From: Balanoglossus misakiensis
Taxonomy: Eukaryota; Animalia; Hemichordata
Direction of reading: 5' to 3'
DNA: 64,000 nt
Assembly: GCA_040954595.2 (NCBI GenBank)
Contig: CM082588.2
Span: 2,874,513-2,938,512, forward strand
Of this stretch, positions 12,901 through 24,510 are shown one piece after another (the stretch's first letter is position 1; each line of letters starts with the position of its first letter). Below the pieces are notes generated by a model. The model was not told the DNA's origin, did no database searches, and saw only the letters and a program-made list of their open reading frames with translations. Made by a program: the position numbers and the translations under genes.

Positions 12901-15900
12901 AACCCATGATTTTTTTCAAAAATCGCCCAAATTTTGATTTTCCGCAAAGTCGAAAAATTGTCATTTTTTGATGATTTCCTGAGCTATAACCCATGATTTT
13001 TTTCAAAAATCGCCCAAATTTTGATTTTCCGCAAAGTCGAAAAATTGTCATTTTTTGATGATTTCCTGAGCTATAACCCATGATTTTTTTCAAAAATCGC
13101 CCAAACTTTGATTTTCCGCAAAGTCGAAAAATTGTCATTTTTTGATGATTTCCTGAGCTATAACCCATGATTTTTTTCAAAAATCGCCCAAATTTTGATT
13201 TTCCGCAAAGTCGAAAAATTGTCATTTTTTGATGATTTCCTGAGCTATAACCCATGATTTTTTTCAAAAATCGCCCAAATTTTGATTTTCCGCAAAGTCG
13301 AAAAATTGTCATTTTTTGATGATTTCCTGAGCTATAACCCATGATTTTTTTCAAAAATCGCCCAAATTTTGATTTTCCGCAAAGTCGAAAAATTGTCATT
13401 TTTTGATGATTTCCTGAGCTATAACCCATGATTTTTTTCAAAAATCGCCCAAATTTTGATTTTCCGCAAAGTCGAAAAATTGTCATTTTTTGATGATTTC
13501 CTGAGCTATAACCCATGATTTTTTTCAAAAATCGCCCAAATTTTGATTTTCCGCAAAGTCGAAAAATTGTCATTTTTTGATGATTTCCTGAGCTATAACC
13601 CATGATTTTTTTCAAAAATCGCCCAAATTTCGATTTTCCGCAAAGTCGAAAAATTGTCATTTTTTGATGATTTCCTGAGCTATAACCCATGATTTTTTTC
13701 AAAAATCGCCCAAATTTTGATTTTCCGCAAAGTCGAAAAATTGTCATTTTTTGATGATTTCCTGAGCTATAACCCATGATTTTTTTCAAAAATCGGCCAA
13801 ATTTTGATTTTCCGCAAAGTCGAAAAAATGTCATTTTTTGATGATTTCCTGAGCTATAACCCATGATTTTTTTCAAAAATCGCCCAAATTTTGATTTTCC
13901 GCAAAGTCGAAAAATTGTCATTTTTTGATGATTTCCTGAGCTATAACCCATGATTTTTTTCAAAAATCGCCCAAATTTTGATTTTCCGCAAAGTCGAAAA
14001 ATTGTCATTTTTTGATGATTTCCTGAGCTATAACCCATGATTTTTTTCAAAAATCGCCCAAATTTTGATTTTCCGCAAAGTCGAAAAATTGTCATTTTTT
14101 GATGATTTCCTGAGCTATAACCCATGATTTTTATCAAAAATCGGCCAAATTTTGATTTTCCGCAAAGTCGAAAAATTGTCATTTTTTGATGATTTCCTGA
14201 GCTATAACCCATGATTTTTATCAAAAATCGGCCAAATTTTGATTTTCCGCAAAGTCGAAAAATTGTCATTTTTTGATGATTTCCTGAGCTATAACCCATG
14301 ATTTTATCAAAAATCGGCCAAATTTTGAATTTTCCGCAAAGTCGAAAAATTGTCATTTTTTGATGATTTCCTGAGCTATAACCCATGATTTTTATCAAAA
14401 ATCGGCCAAATTTTGATTTTCCGCAAAGTCGAAAAATTGTCATTTTTTGATGATTTCCTGAGCTATAACCCATGATTTTTATCAAAAATCGGCCAAATTT
14501 TGATTTTCCGCAAAGTCGAAAAATTGTCATTTTTTGATGATTTCCTGAGCTATAACCCATGATTTTTATCAAAAATCGGCCAAATTTTGATTTTCCGCAA
14601 AGTCGAAAAATTGTCATTTTTTGATGATTTCCTGAGCTATAACCCATGATTTTTATCAAAAATCGGCCAAATTTTGATTTTCCGCAAAGTCGAAAAATTG
14701 TCATTTTTTGATGATTTCCTGAGCTATAACCCATGATTTTTTTCAAAAATCGGCCAAATTTTGATTTTCCGCAAAGTCGAAAAATTGTCATTTTTTGATG
14801 ATTTCCTGAGCTATAACCCATGATTTTTTTCAAAAATCGGCCAAATTTTGATTTTCCGCAAAGTCGAAAAATTGTCATTTTTTGATGATTTCCTGAGCTA
14901 TAACCCATGATTTTTTTCAAAAATCGGCCAAATTTTGATTTTCCGCAAAGTCGAAAAATTGTCATTTTTTGATGTTTTCCTGAGCTATAACCCATGATTT
15001 TTTTCAAAAATCGGCCAAATTTTGATTTTCCGCAAAGTCGAAAAATTGTCATTTTTGATGATTTCCTGAGCTATAACCCATGATTTTTTTCAAAAATCGG
15101 CCAAATTTTGATTTTCCGCAAAGTCGAAAAATTGTCATTTTTTGATGATTTCCTGAGCTATAACCCATGATTTTTTTCAAAATCGCCCAAATTTTGATTT
15201 TCCGCAAAGTCGAAAAATTGTCATTTTTTGATGATTTCCTGAGCTATAACCCATGATTTTTTTCAAAAATCGGCCAAATTTTGATTTTCCGCAAAGTCGA
15301 AAAATTGTCATTTTTTGATGATTTCCTGAGCTATAACCCATGATTTTTTTCAAAAATCGCCCAAATTTTGATTTCCGCAAAGTCGAAAAATTGTCATTTT
15401 TGATGATTTCCTGAGCTATAACCCATGATTTTTTCAAAAATCGCCCAAATTTTGATTTTCCGCAAAGTCGAAAAATTGTCATTTTTTGATGATTTCCTGA
15501 GCTATAACCCATGATTTTTTTCAAAAATCGCCCAAATTTTGATTTTCCGCAAAGTCGAAAATTGTCATTTTTTGACGATTTCCTGAGCTATAACCCATGA
15601 TTTTTATCAAAAATCGGCCAAATTTTGATTTTCCGCAAAGTCGAAAAATTGTCATTTTTTGAGGATTTCCTGCCCATAATTTTTATCAAAAATCGGCCAA
15701 ATTTTGATTTTCCGCAAAGTCGAAAAATTGTCATTTTTTGATGATTTCCTGAGCTATAACCCATGATTTTTATCAAAAATCGGCCAAATTTTGATTTTCC
15801 GCAAAGTCGAAAAATTGTCATTTTTTGATGATTTCCTGAGCTATAACCCATGATTTTTATCAAAAATCGGCCAAATTTTGATTTTCCGCAAAGTCGAAAA

Positions 15901-18900
15901 ATTGTCATTTTTTGATGATTTCCTGAGCTATAACCCATGATTTTTATCAAAAATCGGCCAAATTTTGATTTTCCGCAAAGTCGAAAAATTGTCATTTTTT
16001 GATGATTTCCTGAGCTATAACCCATGATTTTTATCAAAAATCGGCCAAATTTTGATTTTCCGCAAAGTCGAAAAATTGTCATTTTTTGATGATTTCCTGA
16101 GCTATAACCCATGATTTTTTTCAAAAATCGGCCAAATTTTGATTTTCCGCAAAGTCGAAAAATTGTCATTTTTTGATGATTTCCTGAGCTATAACCCATG
16201 ATTTTTTTCAAAAATCGGCCAAATTTTGATTTTCCGCAAAGTCGAAAAATTGTCATTTTTTGATGATTTCCTGAGCTATAACCCATGATTTTTTTCAAAA
16301 ATCGGCCAAATTTTGATTTTCCGCAAAGTCGAAAAATTGTCATTTTTTGATGATTTCCTGAGCTATAACCCATGATTTTTTTCAAAAATCGGCCAAATTT
16401 TGATTTTCCGCAAAGTCGAAAAATTGTCATTTTTTGATGATTTCCTGAGCTATAACCCATGATTTTTTTCAAAAATCGCCCAAATTTTGATTTTCCGCAA
16501 AGTCGAAAAATTGTCATTTTTTGATGATTTCCTGAGCTATTACCCATGATTTTTTTCAAAAATCGCCCAAATTTTGATTTTCCGCAAAGTCGAAAAATTG
16601 TCATTTTTTGATGATTTCCTGAGCTATAACCCATGATTTTTATCAAAAATCGGCCAAATTTTGATTTTCCGCAAAGTCGAAAAATTGTCATTTTTTGATG
16701 ATTTCCTGAGCTATAACCCATGATTTTTATCAAAAATCGGCCAAATTTTGATTTTCCGCAAAGTCGAAAAATTGTCATTTTTTGATGATTTCCTGAGCTA
16801 TAACCCATGATTTTTATCAAAAATCGGCCAAATTTTGATTTTCCGCAAAGTCGAAAAATTGTCATTTTTTGATGATTTCCTGAGCTATAACCCATGATTT
16901 TTATCAAAAATCGGCCAAATTTTGATTTTCCGCAAAGTCGAAAAATTGTCATTTTTTGATGATTTCCTGAGCTATAACCCATGATTTTTTTCAAAAATCG
17001 GCCAAATTTTGATTTTCCGCAAAGTCGAAAAATTGTCATTTTTTGATGATTTCCTGAGCTATAACCCATGATTTTTTTCAAAAATCGGCCAAATTTTGAT
17101 TTTCCGCAAAGTCGAAAAATTGTCATTTTTTGATGTTTTCCTGAGCTATAACCCATGATTTTTTTCAAAAATCGGCCAAATTTTGATTTTCCGCAAAGTC
17201 GAAAAATTGTCATTTTTTGATGATTTCCTGAGCTATAACCCATGATTTTTTTCAAAAATCGGCCTAATTTTGATTTTCCGCAAAGTCGAAAAATTGTCAT
17301 TTTTTGATGATTTCCTGAGCTATAACCCATGATTTTTTTCAAAAATCGGCCAAATTTTGATTTTCCGCAAAGTCGAAAAATTGTCATTTTTTGATGATTT
17401 CCTGAGCTATAACCCATGATTTTTTTCAAAAATCGCCCAAATTTTGATTTTCCGCAAAGTCGAAAAATTGTCATTTTTTGATGATTTCCTGAGCTATAAC
17501 CCATGATTTTTTTCAAAAATCGCCCAAATTTTGATTTTCCGCAAAGTCGAAAAATTGTCATTTTTTGATGATTTCCTGAGCTATAACCCATGATTTTTTT
17601 CAAAAATCGCCCAAATTTTGATTTTCCGCAAAGTCGAAAAATTGTCATTTTTTGATGATTTCCTGAGCTATAACCCATGATTTTTTTCAAAAATCGCCCA
17701 AATTTTGATTTTCCGCAAAGTCGAAAAATTGTCATTTTTTGATGATTTCCTGAGCTATAACCCATGATTTTTATCAAAAATCGGCCAAATTTTGATTTTC
17801 CGCAAAGTCGAAAAATTGTCATTTTTTGATGATTTCCTGAGCTATAACCCATGATTTTTATCAAAAATCGGCCAAATTTTGATTTTCCGCAAAGTCGAAA
17901 AATTGTCATTTTTTGATGATTTCCTGAGCTATAACCCATGATTTTTATCAAAAATCGGCCAAATTTTGATTTTCCGCAAAGTCGAAAAATTGTCATTTTT
18001 TGATGATTTCCTGAGCTATAACCCATGATTTTTATCAAAAATCGGCCAAATTTTGATTTTCCGCAAAGTCGAAAAATTGTCATTTTTTGATGATTTCCTG
18101 AGCTATAACCCATGATTTTTATCAAAAATCGGCCAAATTTTGATTTTCCGCAAAGTCGAAAAATTGTCATTTTTTGATGATTTCCTGAGCTATAACCCAT
18201 GATTTTTTTCAAAAATCGGCCAAATTTTGATTTTCCGCAAAGTCGAAAAATAGTCATTTTTTGATGATTTCCTGAGCTATAACCCATGATTTTTTTCAAA
18301 AATCGCCCAAATTTTGATTTTCCGCAAAGTCGAAAAATTGTCATTTTTTGATGATTTCCTGAGCTATAACCCATGATTTTTTTCAAAAATCGGCCAAATT
18401 TTGATTTTCCGCAAAGTCGAAAAATTGTCATTTTTTGATGATTTCCTGAGCTATAACCCATGATTTTTTTCAAAAATCGGCCAAATTTTGATTTTCCGCA
18501 AAGTCGAAAAATTGTCATTTTTTGATGATTTCCTGAGCTATAACCCATGATTTTTTTCAAAAATCGGCCAAATTTTGATTTTCCGCAAAGTCGAAAAATT
18601 GTCATTTTTTGATGATTTCCTGAGCTATAACCCATGATTTTTTTCAAAAATCGCCCAAATTTTGATTTTCCGCAAAGTCGAAAAATTGTCATTTTTTGAT
18701 GATTTCCTGAGCTATAACCCATGATTTTTTTCAAAAATCGGCCAAATTTTGATTTTCCGCAAAGTCGAAAAATTGTCATTTTTTGATGATTTCCTGAGCT
18801 ATAACCCATGATTTTTTTCAAAAATCGCCCAAATTTTGATTTTCCGCAAAGTCGAAAAATTGTCATTTTTTGATGATTTCCTGAGCTATAACCCATGATT

Positions 18901-21900
18901 TTTATCAAAAATCGGCCAAATTTTGATTTTCCGCAAAGTCGAAAAATTGTCATTTTTTGATGATTTCCTGAGCTATAACCCATGATTTTTATCAAAAATC
19001 GGCCAAATTTTGATTTTCCGCAAAGTCGAAAAATTGTCATTTTTTGATGATTTCCTGAGCTATAACCCATGATTTTTATCAAAAATCGGCCAAATTTTGA
19101 TTTTCCGCAAAGTCGAAAAATTGTCATTTTTTGATGATTTCCTGAGCTATAACCCATGATTTTTATCAAAAATCGGCCAAATTTTGATTTTCCGCAAAGT
19201 CGAAAAATTGTCATTTTTTGATGATTTCCTGAGCTATAACCCATGATTTTTATCAAAAATCGGCCAAATTTTGATTTTCCGCAAAGTCGAAAAATTGTCA
19301 TTTTTTGATGATTTCCTGAGCTATAACCCATGATTTTTATCAAAAATCGGCCAAATTTTGATTTTCCGCAAAGTCGAAAAATTGTCATTTTTTGATGATT
19401 TCCTGAGCTATAACCCATGATTTTTTTCAAAAATCGGCCAAATTTTGATTTTCCGCAAAGTCGAAAAATTGTCATTTTTTGATGATTTCCTGAGCTATAA
19501 CCCATGATTTTTTTCAAAAATCGGCCAAATTTTGATTTTCCGCAAAGTCGAAAAATTGTCATTTTTTGATGATTTCCTGAGCTATAACCCATGATTTTTT
19601 TCAAAAATCGGCCAAATTTTGATTTTCCGCAAAGTCGAAAAATTGTCATTTTTTGATGATTTCCTGAGCTATAACCCATGATTTTTTTCAAAAATCGCTC
19701 AAATTTTGATTTTCCGCAAAGTCGAAAAATTGTCATTTTTTGATGATTTCCTGAGCTATAACCCATGATTTTTTTCAAAAATCGCCCAAATTTTGATTTT
19801 CCGCAAAGTCGAAAAATTGTCATTTTTTGATGATTTCCTGAGCTATAACCCATGATTTTTTTCAAAAATCGGCCAAATTTTGATTTTCCGCAAAGTCGAA
19901 AAATTGTCATTTTTTGATGATTTCCTGAGCTATAACCCATGATTTTTTTCAAAAATCGGCCAAATTTTGATTTTCCGCAAAGTCGAAAAATTGTCATTTT
20001 TTGATGATTTCCTGAGCTATAACCCATGATTTTTTTCAAAAATCGGCCAAATTTTGATTTTCCGCAAAGTCGAAAAATTGTCATTTTTTGATGATTTCCT
20101 GAGCTATAACCCATGATTTTTTCAAAAATCGCCCAAATTTTGATTTTCCGCAAAGTCGAAAAATTGTCATTTTTTGATGATTTTCTGAGCTATAACCCAT
20201 GATTTTTTTCAAAAATCGGCCAAATTTTGATTTTCCGCAAAGTCGAAAAATTGTCATTTTTTGATGATTTCCTGAGCTATAACCCATGTTTTTTATCAAA
20301 AATCGGCCAAATTTTGATTTTCCGCAAAGTCGAAAAATTGTCATTTTTTGATGATTTCCTGAGCTATAACCCATGAGTTTTTTCAAAAATCGCCCAAATT
20401 TTGATTTTCCGCAAAGTCGAAAAATTGTCATTTTTTGATGATTTCCTGAGCTATAACCCATGATTTTTTTCAAAAATCGCCCAAATTTTGATTTTCCGCA
20501 AAGTCGAAAAATTGTCATTTTTTGATGATTTCCTGAGCTATAACCCATGATTTTTTTCAAAAATCGCCCAAATTTTGATTTTCCGCAAAGTCGAAAAATT
20601 GTCATTTTTTGATGATTTCCTGAGCTATAACCCATGATTTTTTTCAAAAATCGGCCAAATTTTGATTTTCCGCAAAGTCGAAAAATTGTCATTTTTTGAT
20701 GATTTCCTGAGCTATAACCCATGATTTTTATCAAAAATCGGCCAAATTTTGATTTTCCGCAAAGTCGAAAAATTGTCATTTTTTGATGATTTCCTGAGCT
20801 ATAACCCATGATTTTTTTCAAAAATCGGCCAAATGTTGATTTTCCGCAAAGTCGAAAAATTGTAATTTTTTGATGATTTCCTGAGCTATAACCCATGATT
20901 TTTTTCAAAAATCGGCCAAATGTTGATTTTCCGCGAAGTCGAAAAATTGTCATTTTTTGATGATTTCCTGAGCTATAACCCATGATTTTTATCAAAAATC
21001 GGCCAAATTTTGATTTTCCGCAAAGTCGAAAAATTGTCATTTTTTGATGATTTCCTGAGCTATAACCCATGATTTTTTTCAAAAATCGCCCAAATTTTGA
21101 TTTTCCGCAAAGTCGAAAAATTGTCATTTTTTGATGATTTCCTGAGCTATAACCCATGATTTTTTTCAAAAATCGCCCAAATTTTGATTTTCCGCAAAGT
21201 CGAAAAATTGTCATTTTTTGATGATTTCCTGAGCTATAACCCATGATTTTTTTCAAAAATCGGCCAAATTTTGATTTTCCGCAAAGTCGAAAAATTGTCA
21301 TTTTTTGATGATTTCCTGAGCTATAACCCATGATTTTTTTCAAAAATCGGCCAAATTTTGATTTTCCGCAAAGTCGAAAAATTGTCATTTTTTGATGATT
21401 TCCTGAGCTATAACCCATGATTTTTTTCAAAAATCGGCCAAATTTTGATTTTCCGCAAAGTCGAAAAATTGTCATTTTTTGATGATTTCCTGAGCTATAA
21501 CCCATGATTTTTATCAAAAATCGGCCAAATTTTGATTTTCCGCAAAGTCGAAAAATTGTCATTTTTTGATGATTTCCTGAGCTATAACCCATGATTTTTA
21601 TCAAAAATCGGCCAAATTTTGATTTTCCGCAAAGTCGAAAAATTGTCATTTTTTGATGATTTCCTGAGCTATAACCCATGATTTTTTTCAAAAATCGGCC
21701 AAATTTTGATTTTCCGCAAAGTCGAAAAATTGTCATTTTTTGATGATTTCCTGAGCTATAACCCATGATTTTTTTCAAAAATCGGCCAAATTTTGATTTT
21801 CCGCAAAGTCGAAAAATTGTCATTTTTTGATGATTTCCTGAGCTATAACCCATGATTTTTTTCAAAAATCGGCCAAATTTTGATTTTCCGCAAAGTCGAA

Positions 21901-23600
21901 AAATTGTCATTTTTTGATGATTTCCTGAGCTATAACCCATGATTTTTTTCAAAAATCGGCCAAATTTTGATTTTCCGCAAAGTCGAAAAATTGTCATTTT
22001 TTGATGATTTCCTGAGCTATAACCCATGATTTTTATCAAAAATCGGCCAAATTTTGATTTTCCGCAAAGTCGAAAAATTGTCATTTTTTGATGATTTCCT
22101 GAGCTATAACCCATGATTTTTTTCAAAAATCGGCCAAATTTTGATTTTCCGCAAAGTCGAAAAATTGTCATTTTTTGATGATTTCCTGAGCTATAACCCA
22201 TGATTTTTTTCAAAAATCGGCCAAATTTTGATTTTCCGCAAAGTCGAAAAATTGTCATTTTTTGATGATTTCCTGAGCTATAACCCATGATTTTTTTCAA
22301 AAATCGCCCAAATTTTGATTTTCCGCAAAGTCGAAAAATTGTCATTTTTTGATGATTTCCTGAGCTATAACCCATGATTTTTTTCAAAAATCGCCCAAAT
22401 TTTGATTTTCCGCAAAGTCGAAAAATTGTCATTTTTTGATGATTTCCTGAGCTATAACCCATGATTTTTTTCAAAAATCGCCCAAATTTTGATTTTCCGC
22501 AAAGTCGAAAAATTGTCATTTTTTGATGATTTCCTGAGCTATAACCCATGATTTTTTTCAAAAATCGGCCAAATTTTGATTTTCCGCAAAGTCGAAAAAT
22601 TGTCATTTTTTGATGATTTCCTGAGCTATAACCCATGATTTTTTTCAAAAATCGCCCAAATTTTGATTTTCCGCAAAGTCGAAAAATTGTCATTTTTTGA
22701 TGATTTCCTGAGCTATAACCCATGATTTTTTTCAAAAATCGGCCAAATTTTGATTTTCCGCAAAGTCGAAAAATTGTCATTTTTTGATGATTTCCTGAGC
22801 TATAACCCATGATTTTTATCAAAAATCGCCCAAATTTTGATTTTCCGCAAAGTCGAAAAATTGTCATTTTTTGATGATTTCCTGAGCTATAACCCATGAT
22901 TTTTATCCGAAATCGGCCTAATTTTGATTTTCCGCAAAGTCGAAAAATTGTCATTTTTTGATGATTTCCTGAGCTATAACCCATGATTTTTTTCCGAAAT
23001 CGGCCAAATTTTGATTTTCCGCAAAGTCGAAAAATTGTCATTTTTTGATGATTTCCTGAGCTATAATCCATGATTTTTTTCCAAAATCGGCCAAATTTTG
23101 ATTTTCCGCAAAGTCGAAAAATTCTCATTTTTGGATGATTTTCATGAGCTATAACCCATGATTTTTTCAAAAATCGGAAAATTTTGAAATTCCGCAAAGT
23201 CGAAAAATTCTCATTTTTGGATGATTTTCATGAGCTATAACCCATGATTTTTTCAAAAATCGGCCAAATTTTGAAATTCCGCAAAGTCGAAAAATTCTCA
23301 TTTTTGGATGATTTTCATGAGCTATAACCCATGATTTTTTCAAAAATCGGCCAAATTTTGAAATTCCGCAAAGTCGAAAAATTCTCATTTTTGGATGATT
23401 TTCATGAGCTATAACCCATGATTTTTTTCAAAAATCGGCCTAATTTTGATTTTCCGCAAAGTCGAAAAATTGTCATTTTTTGATGATTTCCTGAGCTATA
23501 ACCCATGATTTTTTTTCCAAAATCGGCCTAATTTTGATATTTCGTAAAGTCGAAAAATTGTAATTTTTTGATGATTTTCATGAGCTATAACCCATGAATT
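3960..23600. repeat. Satellite DNA: tandem array of an 87-bp AT-rich monomer, ~225 copies
   Basis: Consensus aaagtcgaaaaattgtcattttttgatgatttcctgagctataacccatgatttttttcaaaaatcg(g/c)ccaaattttgattttccgc repeated head-to-tail with no spacers. The period matches the 29-aa repeat in the minus-strand ORFs. The interior is highly homogeneous and the edge units are diverged. Confidence 0.98.
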
Positions 23601-23615
23601 TTTTTAATGAAGAAA

Positions 23616-23762
23616 TTTATTGTGATCAATTCGTAAATAGTCTTAATCGACATAAATCACCTGGTAACCACACCCACACATTACCCTTGTAATTACTGAA
23701 GAAGAATAAAACAACAACGCTTGTTTTGAGAAATACAGATAAACATGAAAATAACGTTTATT
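23616..23762 (-). terminator. Candidate poly(A) signals of the GPCR gene (AATAAA on minus strand at 23757-23762 and 23616-23621)
   Basis: TTTATT hexamers on the + strand downstream of the GPCR stop (24511), within AT-rich 3'UTR-like sequence. Confidence 0.45.
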
Positions 23763-24510
23763 CATAAAAATACTGTAGGGTAAGTGCACTTTGGTATACT
23801 TAGAAATAAGTAGCCGACAACACAAGTACAACTGTGCTGTATTCACATCATACAAATGGTCTGTTTACAAAATATACAAATTTATAGTGACGTACTTTAC
23901 AATGATATATCTTTTGGCATAGCCAGTCTCATATTTTTTCGATAGCACCTATTCGAATGAACATGTACCCCACCCCCACCCTAGTGACACGCATGCGTAT
24001 CCATGTCCCCCAGATAACTGACAGATGAGAATCTGATGGCATATTACGTCATCGATTAATAACTTCGAAGTTCATCACGAGTAACATCGATATGAAATGT
24101 AATTTGATAACTAAAGTAAACGGTACGTTCCACAACAAAACTAACTTGTTATTTGTAACCTTTGTCTGCATCTCCAAGCAATATGTGCCTGAGTAAATCA
24201 TGGTTATTACGATTGCAAATCCAACTTTTGCACCGACGTTCAACTAAATCAGCTACGACATAATGCATTAAACAGATACAGTGGCACACAAGTTAAATAT
24301 CCTATAAATAAACAGCCAAAGAATTCATAAAAGAGTACAGACTGGACCTGAGTTTTTCAGCCATGACGGGATACATAACAATGAATATGTTAATGTTAAA
24401 AACAATTGTACAAGTCGGCCATAACATAAGTGAGAGTTCAGTACAACAAAATCCGTGAAATCATGTTCTCATAGCAACTAAGCACTTGATCTAAGCTTAT
24501 CTGAGTAAGG

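Noticed and set aside
3893-23388. Very long minus-strand ORFs (up to 1521 aa) of repeated MTIFRLCGKSKFGRFLKKIMGYSSGNHQK
   Set aside because: They follow from an 87-bp monomer (a multiple of 3) that lacks a stop in one frame. The frame is broken repeatedly by 1-2 bp indels and a stop variant (5794), and there is no unique N- or C-terminal domain. This is satellite DNA, not a protein gene.
3960-23600. CRISPR-like array
   Set aside because: The units are contiguous with no unique spacers, there are no cas genes, and the context is eukaryotic.
3945-23608. Possible terminal inverted repeats (attaaaacatgg / ccatg..ttttaat) making the whole array one transposon
   Set aside because: The match is short, gapped and AT-rich, overlaps the monomer itself, and has no clear target-site duplication.
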